Assembly (NCBI GenBank): GCA_016188965.1
Contig: JACPGT010000011.1
Coordinates: 9,798-73,797 of the forward strand
From: Candidatus Micrarchaeota archaeon
Lineage (GTDB): Archaea > Micrarchaeota > Micrarchaeia > Norongarragalinales > Norongarragalinaceae
Direction: 5' to 3'
DNA: 64,000 nt
Shown: piece by piece, positions 19,747-30,600 of the stretch
Position numbering within the stretch: the stretch's first letter is position 1
How the letters are laid out: each line of letters opens with the position of its first letter
Program-made: the position numbers and the translations under genes
The notes under the pieces: model-generated
Database searches by the model: none
What the model saw: the letters and a program-made list of their open reading frames with translations, nothing else
What the model was told of the DNA's origin: nothing

Positions 19747-20436
19747 ATGAAGGCCGCTTTTTTTGATTTGACGGGGACTTTGCTGAAGGAGTCGTCGATT
19801 CCGCAGTATATCCGTTTCTTGGCGAAAGCCGGGTTCTTGGACCGCAAGACACTGGGCCATTTGGAGAAGATCCATGAAGAGCACAAGAAGCACCACTTGA
19901 CCGAGTTGCAGAACTCGCAAAAGATCCTGCGGGAGTTGGCGCATGCGCTTCAGGGGGAGTCTAAACGGAAGTTTGACGAGGCGAATCGGCGGTTCATGAA
20001 GGAAGAGAAGATGCCGTTGTATCCGTACACGCAGAAGCTGTTGTCCGAGATGAAGGCGAAAGGATACACATTGGTGGCGGTTTCCGGCGCGTTCGAGGAC
20101 GTCGTCAAGCCGGCCGCAGGCGTTTTGGGCTTAGATTCGGCGTTCGGCAGCCGCCTAGAAGTCCAAAACGGCAAGTTTACCGGTCGCTTGGCGTTGGATT
20201 TGACGCAGCCGCACCAAAAGCGCAAAATCGTGGAAGCGTACGCCCATGCCCGAAACGGCGTGTTGAAGCAGTGTTGGGCGTTCGGGGATATGGTGCTGGA
20301 CGAAGAGATGTTCCGCGCCGTGGGCCACCCGGTTGCCTTGAATGCCGGGCCGGCGTTGAAGCGCGAATGCAGGCAGAACGGCTGGCCGAGCGTGAAAGAA
20401 ATCCAAGTAGTCAAGTGGGTTGACAAAACCGCATAA
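19747..20436 (+). CDS. HAD-superfamily hydrolase (SerB/IB-like)
   Basis: FFDLTGTL, VSGA, K, AFGDMVLD...VGHPVALN. Confidence 0.85.
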   Translation: MKAAFFDLTGTLLKESSIPQYIRFLAKAGFLDRKTLGHLEKIHEEHKKHHLTELQNSQKILRELAHALQGESKRKFDEANRRFMKEEKMPLYPYTQKLLSEMKAKGYTLVAVSGAFEDVVKPAAGVLGLDSAFGSRLEVQNGKFTGRLALDLTQPHQKRKIVEAYAHARNGVLKQCWAFGDMVLDEEMFRAVGHPVALNAGPALKRECRQNGWPSVKEIQVVKWVDKTA

Positions 20437-20543
20437 ACCGAATTGGAAGTGGCGCTGCAACGCAATTTTTCAAGTCATGGATCGTACAAACCAACATTAT
20501 TTAAAAGTGAATAGCTCTATTCATTTCAGGTTAAGGTGTTTGT

Positions 20544-21077
20544 TTGGATGCCGTGCAGTTGGTGAAGTACAAGGGGTCCAAAGCGTTGTTGGAGACGCTC
20601 GTGGCGTTCCCGGAGCGATTGTTCACGATCAGCGAGTTGGCGAAAGTCGCCAAAGTGCCTTTTTCGTCTGCGTGGCGGTTGGTCAAAAAGTGGGAGCCGG
20701 CGGGAATCATCCAAACGGGCCGCATTGGAGGCAGCGTCACGGTGAAGCTGAAAAAGTCGGAGTACGCGGACCGGGTCATCGAATTGATGCGCTTGAGCGT
20801 CAGCCCGCAGGGTTTCACGGTGGAACGGTTGGAAGAGGCCTTGAGAAAGACGCCGGGTTTGAAGGAAGCGTTCTTGTTCGGCAGCGTGGCGAAAGGGCAG
20901 GAAAAGTTGGATAGCGACATTGATTTGGCTGTGTGGGCGGATGGCCGTTTTGACGCCGACGCATTGGTGTTTCAAATAGCGGAAAAATTTGGTACAAAAG
21001 TAGTGCCATTGGTTTTCGCAAAAAAGAGCGAAATAGACGCGTTTCTGGAAGGCAAGGAGCACGTGAGAATCGCATGA
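20544..21077 (+). CDS. HTH + MNT antitoxin
   Basis: FTISELAKVAKVPFSSAWR; LFGSVAKG...DSDIDLAV. Confidence 0.85.
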   Translation: MDAVQLVKYKGSKALLETLVAFPERLFTISELAKVAKVPFSSAWRLVKKWEPAGIIQTGRIGGSVTVKLKKSEYADRVIELMRLSVSPQGFTVERLEEALRKTPGLKEAFLFGSVAKGQEKLDSDIDLAVWADGRFDADALVFQIAEKFGTKVVPLVFAKKSEIDAFLEGKEHVRIA

Positions 21078-21469
21078 CGGACAACCCGCAAAAGGCGTTG
21101 AAGGAAGCGGAAGCATGGGTCGCATCGACCAAGCATACGTTGGTGGAAGCACATAGCGACGAGGCGTTAACGGCAGTGGCGTGCGCGCAGGCGATTCACG
21201 GAATCATCCGGGCCAACGACGCGCTGATGCTTCATTTTTTCAAGGTGAAGCCCACGCGGCACGATGACGCACCGATGGGTTTTGCCAAACTGGTCCGAGA
21301 GAATAAGATTCTGAAGGAAGACGAACGCTTCAAAAACCTCGTATCACGCGCGATGCGGGAAAAAAGCGGGGCCGACTACGGCAAGCAGACGTTTTCGCAT
21401 GAAGACGGAAAATGGTACGTTGAAAAATCGGAAGAATTCATCGCGGCATTAAGACGATACGTGCGATAA
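21074..21469 (+). CDS. HEPN-domain protein
   Basis: ATGA overlap with MNT; RANDAL, RHDDA, KSGADY. Confidence 0.8.
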   Translation: MTDNPQKALKEAEAWVASTKHTLVEAHSDEALTAVACAQAIHGIIRANDALMLHFFKVKPTRHDDAPMGFAKLVRENKILKEDERFKNLVSRAMREKSGADYGKQTFSHEDGKWYVEKSEEFIAALRRYVR

Positions 21470-21482
21470 GTGTTCCAGAAGT

Positions 21483-22004
21483 TCAGCGTTTTTTCTTGCG
21501 TTTTTTTGAATGAGCGGCAGCGTGGGTTTTGGCCGGTCCGGCAGTGTGTTTCCACACGTGTTCGGCCACTACGTACCCTCCATCAAACAGCAACACCGCG
21601 ATTAGTGGCGTTGAGGAGTGGGTCAGGACGCTGATGAGAGCGGCGGCAGCCGGAAGGAAAGGACGCGGGTAGGGTAGTTTCAAGTCGATTTTTTCGTCGG
21701 CCAAGGCGGCGGCAAAGGCAATGAAGGCCAACGGCAGGGCAATCGTCGGGAAGCCGAAAGCAAAGTCACCGAGGATGAAGCCGGCAAAGCCGAGGGCGTG
21801 GGTTTTCGAGTCGATTTTTCCGGCTGCCAGGTTGGCCAATACGGATGGCAGGAAAACCGTGGCGACCAGGGGGTCAAGCGAAGCAGCGACAGCGAGGGCG
21901 ACGCCGTAGGTAACGCCGGCGGCCAGGCCGAGGGGCGTCTTGATTTCGTCGGCCGTCTTGGTCAGAAAACCGGAGAAAGCGGAGAGCAAGAAGGCCAGGA
22001 CCAT
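21483..22004 (-). CDS. Hypothetical membrane protein
   Basis: Multi-TM; KTADE, AGKIDSKTH, DE motifs. Confidence 0.75.
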   Translation of the reverse strand: MVLAFLLSAFSGFLTKTADEIKTPLGLAAGVTYGVALAVAASLDPLVATVFLPSVLANLAAGKIDSKTHALGFAGFILGDFAFGFPTIALPLAFIAFAAALADEKIDLKLPYPRPFLPAAAALISVLTHSSTPLIAVLLFDGGYVVAEHVWKHTAGPAKTHAAAHSKKRKKKR

Positions 22005-22148
22005 GGAATCAAGTCACTTCGAAGGAAAATGGACGGGCAGGCGCGGGAAAGAAAAAAATGGGAAAAGGCAAATTGCAGCGAAGCAGGTTACTTTCTTTTT
22101 CCGGTGCAAAACGCGACATCCTCGTCTGGTTAACGCCGTTTTCCGGAT

Positions 22149-23090
22149 TCAATCCACGAAGGGTGAGATGGATTCGGTGGTTTGGATGGCGTGGATGACT
22201 TTGGCCAAGACCGGCGCGATGGGGCAGATGAGGATCTTCTTGCTCTTGGGGACAGGGATGGTGTCGGTCACGACGAGGCGCTCCAGAGCAGGAGATTTTT
22301 CGATGCGTTCCGTCGCGTTGGCGGAGAGCACGGCGTGCGCGGCGTAAGCGTAGACGCTTTTCGCGCCGGCATCCTTGAGGGCTTGCGCGCCGTTGAGAAG
22401 CGAGCCACCTGTGTCGACCATGTCGTCGATCATGAGGCACGTTTTTCCGGCCACATCGCCGACGACGTGCGTCACTTGCACTTCGCCGGGTTTTGGGCGG
22501 CGTTTGTGGATGATAGCCAATGGCGCGTTGAGACGGGCGGCAAAGTCGTAGGCGCGTTTGACTCCTCCAGCGTCCGGTGAAACGACGACGAGGTCTTTGG
22601 AGTCCAGTTGAAGGTTTTTTTCGAGGAATTCCGACGCAATGCGCGTGGTGTTCAAATTGTCAAAGGGTATGCCGAAGAAGCCTTGGGCTTTGACGGAGTG
22701 GATGTCGATGGTAACGACGTTGGTCACGCCGACGGCTTGCAGCAAGTCGGCCACGACGCGGGCCGAGACGGGCTCGCGAGGGGCCATCTGGTAGTCTTGG
22801 CGGGAATAACCGAAGTAGGGGATGACGGCGACGATTTTTTCGGCGGACGAGCGGCGCATGGCGTCGGCCATGAACAGCAATTCCATCAACGAATCGTTGA
22901 CGGGCGCGCAGGTGGATTGGATGATGAAGACGGTCTTGCCGCGGACGGTGTGTTGGATCTGCACGCGGGTCTCGCCGTCGTTGAAGCGCGTCACGTTGGC
23001 CGGAAGGATGGGGGCTTTGAGGAGTTTGGAGACGGATTCGGCTAGGGGGCGGTTGGCGTTACCCGTGAAGAGCAGTGGTTTTTCGACCAT
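22149..23090 (-). CDS. prs: Ribose-phosphate pyrophosphokinase
   Basis: FNDGE, PYFGYSRQD, VVSPDAGG, IDDMVDTGGS. Confidence 0.96.
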   Translation of the reverse strand: MVEKPLLFTGNANRPLAESVSKLLKAPILPANVTRFNDGETRVQIQHTVRGKTVFIIQSTCAPVNDSLMELLFMADAMRRSSAEKIVAVIPYFGYSRQDYQMAPREPVSARVVADLLQAVGVTNVVTIDIHSVKAQGFFGIPFDNLNTTRIASEFLEKNLQLDSKDLVVVSPDAGGVKRAYDFAARLNAPLAIIHKRRPKPGEVQVTHVVGDVAGKTCLMIDDMVDTGGSLLNGAQALKDAGAKSVYAYAAHAVLSANATERIEKSPALERLVVTDTIPVPKSKKILICPIAPVLAKVIHAIQTTESISPFVD

Positions 23091-23310
23091 GAGTCGTTTG
23101 GGCCAAGCCGGCATTTAAAAGGTATGGAAAAAGAAAACCCCGCAAAACGTTTCGCATTGCGGGCTTTGGGAAAAAGGGGTTCCCGTGAGAGGAAGTGGGG
23201 GCGGAGCCGCCGGGGGAAAGGGGAAGAATCAAAAGACAGGCAAGTCGTGTGCACAAACTGCCCGGGGTTTGGTTGGTCCTTCCAAGCCGGCCGCTTTTTT
23301 CCGCCGCTTT

Positions 23311-24369
23311 TCAATCCACGATTCCTTCCGGGGTGACGCGGAATACGACTTCGCCGTCCGGCAGGTTGGGCGAGTCCACCAGTTTGACGATGCGGCGGTC
23401 TTCCTTGCTGCGCCGCACGTAGAGCCGGTAGGTCGACGTGTGGGCCAGGACGTGGCCGCCGATGGGCATGGTGGGGTCGCCGAAGAGGATGTCCGGCTTG
23501 TCCATCACCTGGTTCGTCACGTACACGGCCAGGTTGTACTGGTCGGCGTAGCGGAGCAACAGGTGAATGTGCTTGTTGAGTTTTTGCTGGCGTTCGGCCA
23601 ATTCGCCGCGTCCGACGTAGTCGGCGCGGAAAGCGGCGGTGAGAGAATCCACCACGATGATGCGGATGTTCTTCTCCTTGATCATGGGCTCCAGTTTCTC
23701 GACTAAGAGCATCTGGTGGTCCGAATTGAGGGCCTTGGCGACGTGGATGTTGCCAAGCACCACGGCGGGGTCCAGGCCTTTGGCTTCGGCCATCTGGGCG
23801 ATGCGTTCGGGCCGGAAGGTCGATTCCGTGTCGATGAATGCCACGGAGCCTCCCAAACCGCCTTTTTCGTGGGGTAGTTGCGCGTTGACGCAGAGTTGGA
23901 AGCCGATTTGAGACTTTCCGGAGCCGAATTTGCCGAAAATCTCAGTGATGGCTTGCGTCTCGATGCCGCCGCCGATGAGGTTGTCCAGTTCCAGCGAGCC
24001 GGTTGTGGATTTTTCGATCAGTTTGCGGCGTTCCAGCACGTCGACACCCGTTTCGAAGCCTAGTTCCAGCGCGTCGCGGGCAGCGTTGATGACTTTGACG
24101 GCCGAGCCTTCGCCCACGCCGGAGATTTCCTGAAGTTCGGAAGGCATGCAGTAGGCCAGGGTTTCGATCTTGTCGTAGCCGGCTTCGCGCAACTTGGCGG
24201 CGATGGATGGGCCGATGCCGGGCAGTTCGTCAATGGAGGTGATGACGGATTTCTTGTTCTTTTCCTTGGTGGCCGTGTTGATTTCCATCACGGGCGCCTC
24301 GGAGGAGGCTTCGGGAGTCGGAAGTTCGTCCGTCATCGTTTCAGTCACTTCTTTTGCCGCGCGCGCCAT
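23311..24369 (-). CDS. radA: DNA repair and recombination protein RadA
   Basis: LPGIGP Hh[40 protein letters not shown]. Confidence 0.96.
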   Translation of the reverse strand: MARAAKEVTETMTDELPTPEASSEAPVMEINTATKEKNKKSVITSIDELPGIGPSIAAKLREAGYDKIETLAYCMPSELQEISGVGEGSAVKVINAARDALELGFETGVDVLERRKLIEKSTTGSLELDNLIGGGIETQAITEIFGKFGSGKSQIGFQLCVNAQLPHEKGGLGGSVAFIDTESTFRPERIAQMAEAKGLDPAVVLGNIHVAKALNSDHQMLLVEKLEPMIKEKNIRIIVVDSLTAAFRADYVGRGELAERQQKLNKHIHLLLRYADQYNLAVYVTNQVMDKPDILFGDPTMPIGGHVLAHTSTYRLYVRRSKEDRRIVKLVDSPNLPDGEVVFRVTPEGIVD

Positions 24370-24629
24370 GTTTCCATCCACCTTTTTTTCTGATTGCAAC
24401 TGCGGCAAGACGTGTTTTGCTTCCCGCGACACTAAAGGGTATCGGACGCTTTATAAACGAAAAGAGGGGTGCTGGCCGGTGACCTTGAGCAATACCGTTG
24501 GTGCTGCCGCACACGACGGCAACCTCCGCAACTTTTGGGCCTTTCTGTTGTCAGCGAAGCGAAACGGGTAATTAGCTCCAAACGCCACGTTGGGCAAATG
24601 CCTTAAAATGCCGGATTCGTAAGCCGTCC

Positions 24630-25112
24630 ATGCATTACCGCCACGCCGGCTTTGCCGTCTTTTGGATCGTCGTGTTCGTGACGCTGGCGTGGGCCTGGTA
24701 CGGCCGGTTGGACGTGGCTGCCGTCATCTTCCTCTCTGGCTTGGTTTTCGTCGAGCAGGCCTTCGCCGCGGCCCGGGCGCAGGAAACGGCGCCGTTCGAC
24801 GGCAAGATGCATTTGGGCGCCTTGGACGCCAAAGTCATCACCGAGCCGACAAACGGCGTTTTCGAGCGTCTGGAGTGGGAATGCGACTTCAAGGACTGGC
24901 AGCCTCCGTTCGTGCTGCGCGTGACGGCCCGGCATGAACCGCACCATGTCCGCGCCAAGGTGGAAAAGGCCCGAAAGAAGCTGGAAAGCATCAAGGGCCT
25001 ACAGGACGTTGTGATTGACGGCAAGGCCGTGGCGTTGTACTTCCGAGACGAACCGGGCAAGACGCCGGGAGCCAAAGAGGCTTTGGCGTGGCTTGAAAAA
25101 GCCCTGCGCTAA
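24630..25112 (+). CDS. Hypothetical membrane protein
   Basis: Two N-terminal TM segments; directly upstream of nurA. Confidence 0.65.
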   Translation: MHYRHAGFAVFWIVVFVTLAWAWYGRLDVAAVIFLSGLVFVEQAFAAARAQETAPFDGKMHLGALDAKVITEPTNGVFERLEWECDFKDWQPPFVLRVTARHEPHHVRAKVEKARKKLESIKGLQDVVIDGKAVALYFRDEPGKTPGAKEALAWLEKALR

Positions 25113-25124
25113 AGAAGAACACTC

Positions 25125-26129
25125 ATGTTGGACGCCTTGGACCAAGTCGGCCGCCAAATGCAGGAACGCCGAGCAAAGCCGCTGGGCCAGCCGTTTTTTT
25201 CTGACCCCCGTTACGAAGCCGTGGCATTCGATAGGTCGCGTTTCGTGCCGCTGGAAGGCAATGTGCGGTACTTGGCCGCCGTGGACGGGGGCAACCAGGA
25301 ACTCATCGGCGGAGCCTCCGTCTCGCTGCAGCTGGTGCGGGCGTACGCCAACGTCTTTGGAGGAAAAAAGCGGGCGCACCAGGAAAAGCACGAATTCTTG
25401 TGCTTGACGCAGGCGGTGGACGGCGAGCGTTTTGAAAGCCGCATCATCCCACTGAAAGGCGGATTGTTGCAAGAGGAAGGCGTGCTGGAAATGAGCGCCT
25501 CGGAAGTGCCGGACAGTGACGAGCGCACCAAAGCGGCGCAGATCGGCAGCCTGACGCGGCGCTTTGCCGAGTGGGCGTTGTGCGAGCGCATCCTGGAGAA
25601 ATTCGACGACATTTTGGTGCTCAAGGACGGCACGCTTCAGACGTCGGTGCGGCGCGAAGCATTCTATGCCCGGCGGGCACAGGAGCGCGTGCGATCCGGA
25701 AAATTCCTGGCGTCACTGTCCAAGACGTGCACGCTGCTGACCAGCACGGGTTGGAGCGTGACGGATGCCGTCGAGCACATGGCGCCGCAAAGCCGCGGCG
25801 AATGGGCGTATCAGTGGTTGGCAGAAAGCAAGCATCCGGATCACCCGGCGCGCATCGGCTGCGCCAAACTGCACAAGGCGGCGCGGCAGTCGTTCCGGCT
25901 GGAGTCGTTCTTGGGCCATGAATCGCTGCCGTTGGAGTCGTTGGCGGAAAACGCGTGCGATCCGGCGTTTTTGGGTTATCCCTATGCCTTGGTGGATGCG
26001 GACCGCAATGCCAAGGTGACCAACGCGGAGTGCGGATCGTTCAAGGGCCTGGCCGCGGCTAAATTGGGCCGGAAGTTGGACGAAGCGGCGCGCCACACCG
26101 ACGCGCACGCGTGGTTAAGCAAGCTATAA
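25125..26129 (+). CDS. nurA: NurA nuclease
   Basis: AAVDGG, LKDGTL, SKT, GYPYALVDAD; adjacent to herA. Confidence 0.88.
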   Translation: MLDALDQVGRQMQERRAKPLGQPFFSDPRYEAVAFDRSRFVPLEGNVRYLAAVDGGNQELIGGASVSLQLVRAYANVFGGKKRAHQEKHEFLCLTQAVDGERFESRIIPLKGGLLQEEGVLEMSASEVPDSDERTKAAQIGSLTRRFAEWALCERILEKFDDILVLKDGTLQTSVRREAFYARRAQERVRSGKFLASLSKTCTLLTSTGWSVTDAVEHMAPQSRGEWAYQWLAESKHPDHPARIGCAKLHKAARQSFRLESFLGHESLPLESLAENACDPAFLGYPYALVDADRNAKVTNAECGSFKGLAAAKLGRKLDEAARHTDAHAWLSKL

Positions 26130-26159
26130 CTACGCGGACACGTAAGGAGAGCCTGGAAT

Positions 26160-27629
26160 ATGGACATTGTTTCCCAGATCGTCGGAGGCCAGCATGCTGA
26201 CATCCTGCTTCGGCAGAAAAGCGGCGCAAACCTGGAGCTGGGCGAATTGTTGGTGGCGCAGGAGCCCGGCTCGGCCGACCGCATCCTCCTTCAAGTATTC
26301 GACTTGGTCTACGGCAGCCAGATGCAGGAAGAAGCCCTGCAATGGGCGTCCGGATTGCAGTTGGAAAACGTCTCGTCCGAACCCTTCCTCGAAGCCGAAT
26401 TGCGCAACTACGTCCTGGCCAAAGTCAAAGCCGTGGCGCACATCCGGGATGGCGTAGCCAAGACGCCCAAGAGCCTGCCGCGTTTCTTCTCCGCATTGCG
26501 GCGCATCCAGGACGACGACTTGGCGTTCCTGGAGAACCCCAAGATGCCGCTGTTTGCAGGCCAAGTGCGCTCGGGAAGCAAATGCCTGGATAAGCAGGTG
26601 ATGCTGGACGGCGCACAAGTATTGCCCACGCACGTGCTGATTGCCGCAGGCACGGGTAAGGGAAAATCGAATTTGACGTATTGCATGCTATACCGCTTGT
26701 TGGATTCGGATTACGCCGGCGTTTTGGTGTTGGATCCGCACAACGAATACTACGCCAAGCTTTCCGGCCACCCCAAAGCGGAGCGGGGCCTGGCGGCATA
26801 CTCGCCGAATCCGCAACGCGGCGCGTTGAGCATGGCCATCAACTACGAAAGCGTCAAGCCCTGGCATTTTTCTGGAATCGTGCCATTCACCGACGCCCAG
26901 AACGATGCCACTTGGATGTACTTCAAGCACTTCGGCAACCGCTGGCTGTACGAAGTCCTCTCCGAGAAGCGCGGCGAGAAGACGCAGGAGTGGATTGACA
27001 ACCGCCGCCTGCACGAAGGCACTTTGGCCGTGCTGCAGCGCCGGCTCGAACTGGCGTTGGACAAGTCCATTTTCCGGCCCGAAGGCGGACTGACCACGGT
27101 CAGGGACATTTCCGACGCGCTGGACGCCGGACGAAAAGTGGTGGTGGACACCTCGCGTCTGGCGTCGAATACGGAGCTGCTCATCGGCAGCATCTTGGCC
27201 CATGAGACGTTCGAACGCTCGCGCCGCAATCCGGGCCGAATCAAGAGCATCGTCATCGAGGAGGCGCCGCGCGTGTTGCGCGAAGGCGAGTCCAACGTGT
27301 TTTCCAGCATCGCGCGCGAAGGCCGCAAATTCGGCGTCGGACTCATCGCCATCACCCAATTGGCATCCATGATCCCGCGGGAAGTGTTGGCCAACATGAA
27401 CACCAAGATCATCCTGGGCAACGAGATGCGCGCGGAGCGCGAAGCGCTCATCGCCTCGGCGGCGCAAGACCTGACCGACGACAGCAAGGCCATCGCCGGG
27501 CTGGACAAGGGCGAAGCCGTCATTTCCAGCGTGTATACGAAATTCGCCATTCCGGTGCAGTTTCCAAAGTTCGAGGCTATGGCCGCACAGGATGCAATGG
27601 CGCCGGCCGCGGTCCGACGCTTCGCCTGA
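26160..27629 (+). CDS. herA: HerA helicase/translocase
   Basis: HAS-barrel-like N-terminus, [26 protein letters not shown]. Confidence 0.9.
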   Translation: MDIVSQIVGGQHADILLRQKSGANLELGELLVAQEPGSADRILLQVFDLVYGSQMQEEALQWASGLQLENVSSEPFLEAELRNYVLAKVKAVAHIRDGVAKTPKSLPRFFSALRRIQDDDLAFLENPKMPLFAGQVRSGSKCLDKQVMLDGAQVLPTHVLIAAGTGKGKSNLTYCMLYRLLDSDYAGVLVLDPHNEYYAKLSGHPKAERGLAAYSPNPQRGALSMAINYESVKPWHFSGIVPFTDAQNDATWMYFKHFGNRWLYEVLSEKRGEKTQEWIDNRRLHEGTLAVLQRRLELALDKSIFRPEGGLTTVRDISDALDAGRKVVVDTSRLASNTELLIGSILAHETFERSRRNPGRIKSIVIEEAPRVLREGESNVFSSIAREGRKFGVGLIAITQLASMIPREVLANMNTKIILGNEMRAEREALIASAAQDLTDDSKAIAGLDKGEAVISSVYTKFAIPVQFPKFEAMAAQDAMAPAAVRRFA

Positions 27630-27679
27630 CGGCCGCCGCAAACGATAGTCTTTTCAGGTCGACCAACATGCTCGTACCG

Positions 27680-30600
27680 ATGCGCGCGCAAGGAACCTTT
27701 GAATACGTTTTACTGCTGGGCGGCGCCCTCCTGGTCACGTCCCTCGCGCTTTTCGTGCTCACCACCAGCCAGCCCGGTATTGACGCGAACAAGCAATGCG
27801 CTATCGCCGCCCGCCAAAGCCTGGAATGTTTCGGCCCAAGCGGCGCGTTCAACGAGGCCGCGACGTTTTCCTTCCAAAACCAGAAAACACCGTGCACTTG
27901 CGTCACCGGCAACACCGGCGCTACGCCCATCCCGACGCCGTCCTTGAATCCCACCGCCACGGCAACACCGGACCCAACGGTTTCCGGTTCCCCAACCGCA
28001 TCGGTGAGCCCCACCGCATCCGCAACACCGACCGACACCCCCGGTCCCACGCCTTCCGCAACGCCAACAGCGTCAGCTACCCCGACTCCGACAGGATCGC
28101 CAACACCGTCATCGACACCAACCGCAACGCCGATTCCGGCGCAGGTGGCCCTGATTGTCCCGGACGGCACGGTCCTTGAAGGAATGGCGCATCTGCAGTT
28201 CGCTTCGGCCGGCGCCCCTATTACGCCTAAAGAACTAGCGGTCGAAAACGCGATCCGGTCATACGGCACACCGCTGAAGCCGTTGGTCGTTATGCGCGTC
28301 GAGGCTTCCGCCGCCACGTTCGACAACTTGAAGGATTACAAGGCCGTGTTTGCCGCGTCGTACTTTCCACAACTCACGCCGGCAACCATCAACAGCTTGC
28401 TTGGCAGAGGAGTAAGCGTCGCACTGCTGCACGACGCCGTGGGCTCCGGGCAGGGCCGTCCGGCCAGCGCACGCAGCGAGACAGGCGTCAAGGTATCGCA
28501 AAGCGCGGCCTTCTTTGACAAATACGACACGGCGGAGCAGTACGCGAGCATGACGACCGGCGGGAACGACTACACGTTCAACATTGGCGGGTGGCAAACC
28601 ATCGGCGCCGTCGACATACCGTGGAGTTATCCGGTGCCCACCGCCCAGTACACCGTTTCGACGGCAAACGGAAGGGGCGCGGCATTGGGATACGACCCGT
28701 CGGCGCTGACGGATGAAGGAAAAGTCGTGATGGATCAGATGCTCCGCTGGACGCTGGGCATTATCGCGCCGTCGGACGTGGTGGACGGCAGAGTGGCCCT
28801 GGTTGCATCGACTTACAAGGACAACCCGCAGGACATTGACTTGGACGCCCAAGATAAGACGTTGAAAAGACTCATGGAGGAAAACGGACAGGCCGTGCAA
28901 ATCATATCGCAGAAGAATAGGTTTACCGCGGATTTTGCCAAGGCCAAGGCAATCACAACGACGTATTTCCCTGGCGTTCCGCTTTCAAAGTACTACAACG
29001 CGCTGGGCGCCACGACCCCGCTTTTGCTGGTTCACCGGGCCGCGAGTCTGATTCGATACCAGCAACCCTGCATGAATTGCCAGTGGATGCATGTGTCGGC
29101 AAGCGTGTCGTTCCTCGGCAAGTATGACGCGGGCGACTACGCAATGCAAATCACGAAAGGAGGGGATGCCGCTTACGCGACAACGTTGTACAACGGATGG
29201 ACCCAGATTTCACGCAATCCGGGTTATGGATACGACGGTGCGTCGCATTACCGCGCCGTTGGAAAAATGTATAGTGCGTCGTTCGGCTACGACCCGTCGC
29301 GGCTTACGCCGGAAGGCGAACTAGTCCTGGGTGAAGCCATCGCCAACGTCACGGGTGGCGCTCCTGCCAAACAAGCTCAACCCGGCGCGTATGTACTCAT
29401 AGCGAAAAGCTATGACGCGGTCCCGCAACTTACGGCTGAGGAATCGGCCGCAAAAACCGTTCTGGAATACGGCGGAGCTGCGGTACAGGTAATCCCGCAA
29501 AATGAACGCTTCAAAACCGACTTCTCGAACGCAAAGGCCGTCGTCGCAGTCCATTCGCCCCCGGCTAAGATTTCCGGATACATGCAAGCACTTAGTTCAC
29601 GCCGACCCATGCTTTTCCTTCACGATGGAATCAGGCTGCTGGCGGGCGCCAATGACGCATCCGGCGGTAACCTGATGATCCTTCCCAAAACGGGATCGAA
29701 CGTAGGAAAAGGATTCCTCCAGAATTACGACTCGGCTCCAAACTATGCCGAAATCCACATCAGCGACGGCAAGATGTTCGAGACCGGTGGCGTCGGCGGA
29801 TGGGAGGCGTTGAACCAACGGGGCGGGTGCGGAGGAGTATGTTATCCAGGGTCGGCGTTTTCAAAGGAAACGGGAACCGGAGATGGGAGCATCCGCAGCG
29901 CGATACTCGCGCACGATCCGTCGGCCTTAAACAATGAAGGGAAAGTGATGCTCGACGAAGCGGTGCGGTGGATGGCGCACGACAGCGCGTACGCGTACAC
30001 CGTGCCTTCCGGAACGGTCGCCCTTTTGACCCGCGATTACAACTTCGACAATAAAGTACAACCCGGTTTGACACTCAACGAAACGCAGGCGGAAAGCGTG
30101 TTTACGGGCCTCGGACTACCGGTGGCACGGGTGCCGCAAAAGCTGAAATACAAGACGGATTGGAGCAAAGCGGCGTTCGTCGCGGTCGCGGATTCGCCGC
30201 CCAGCGGGTACAGCATCAACACGTACCTCAACACCCGCGCGCCGCGAATGGTTTTCCTGAACACGGGACTCAAAGCGCTAACGATGGGCACAGGAGTTAC
30301 CCTCAAGAACAGCTATGAAGTGCTTAACACGGCTGACCGGCCGGAAAGCTTCATGCAAGCCTATGCCCCAACGGACCACCGGGGCGGAGCGTTCCCAATA
30401 CAAGCCAATCCAGGAGCGTACACGCTGCCGGACTACGGCACGAGCGGCAGCTGGAACGTGTGGGGATGGAAAACGGCAGGAGGGGAAGTGGACAGCAATC
30501 CGGCAAACTACGCGGTGCGCCCAACGGCGTGGTACGTCAAGAACGCGGCCAGGTGCGGCGCTGCGTTCGGATACGCGCCTGACCGCTTGAACCAAGCCGG

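Noticed and set aside
25125-27629. HerA-NurA as an antiviral defence system
   Set aside because: Linked mre11/rad50 and radA with host-like composition indicate the housekeeping resection genes
27920-28140. Repetitive ACGCC/ACCGC-rich DNA here and at 31575-31820 as a CRISPR or tandem array
   Set aside because: Encodes Pro/Thr/Ala linkers; no constant repeat-spacer structure and no cas genes
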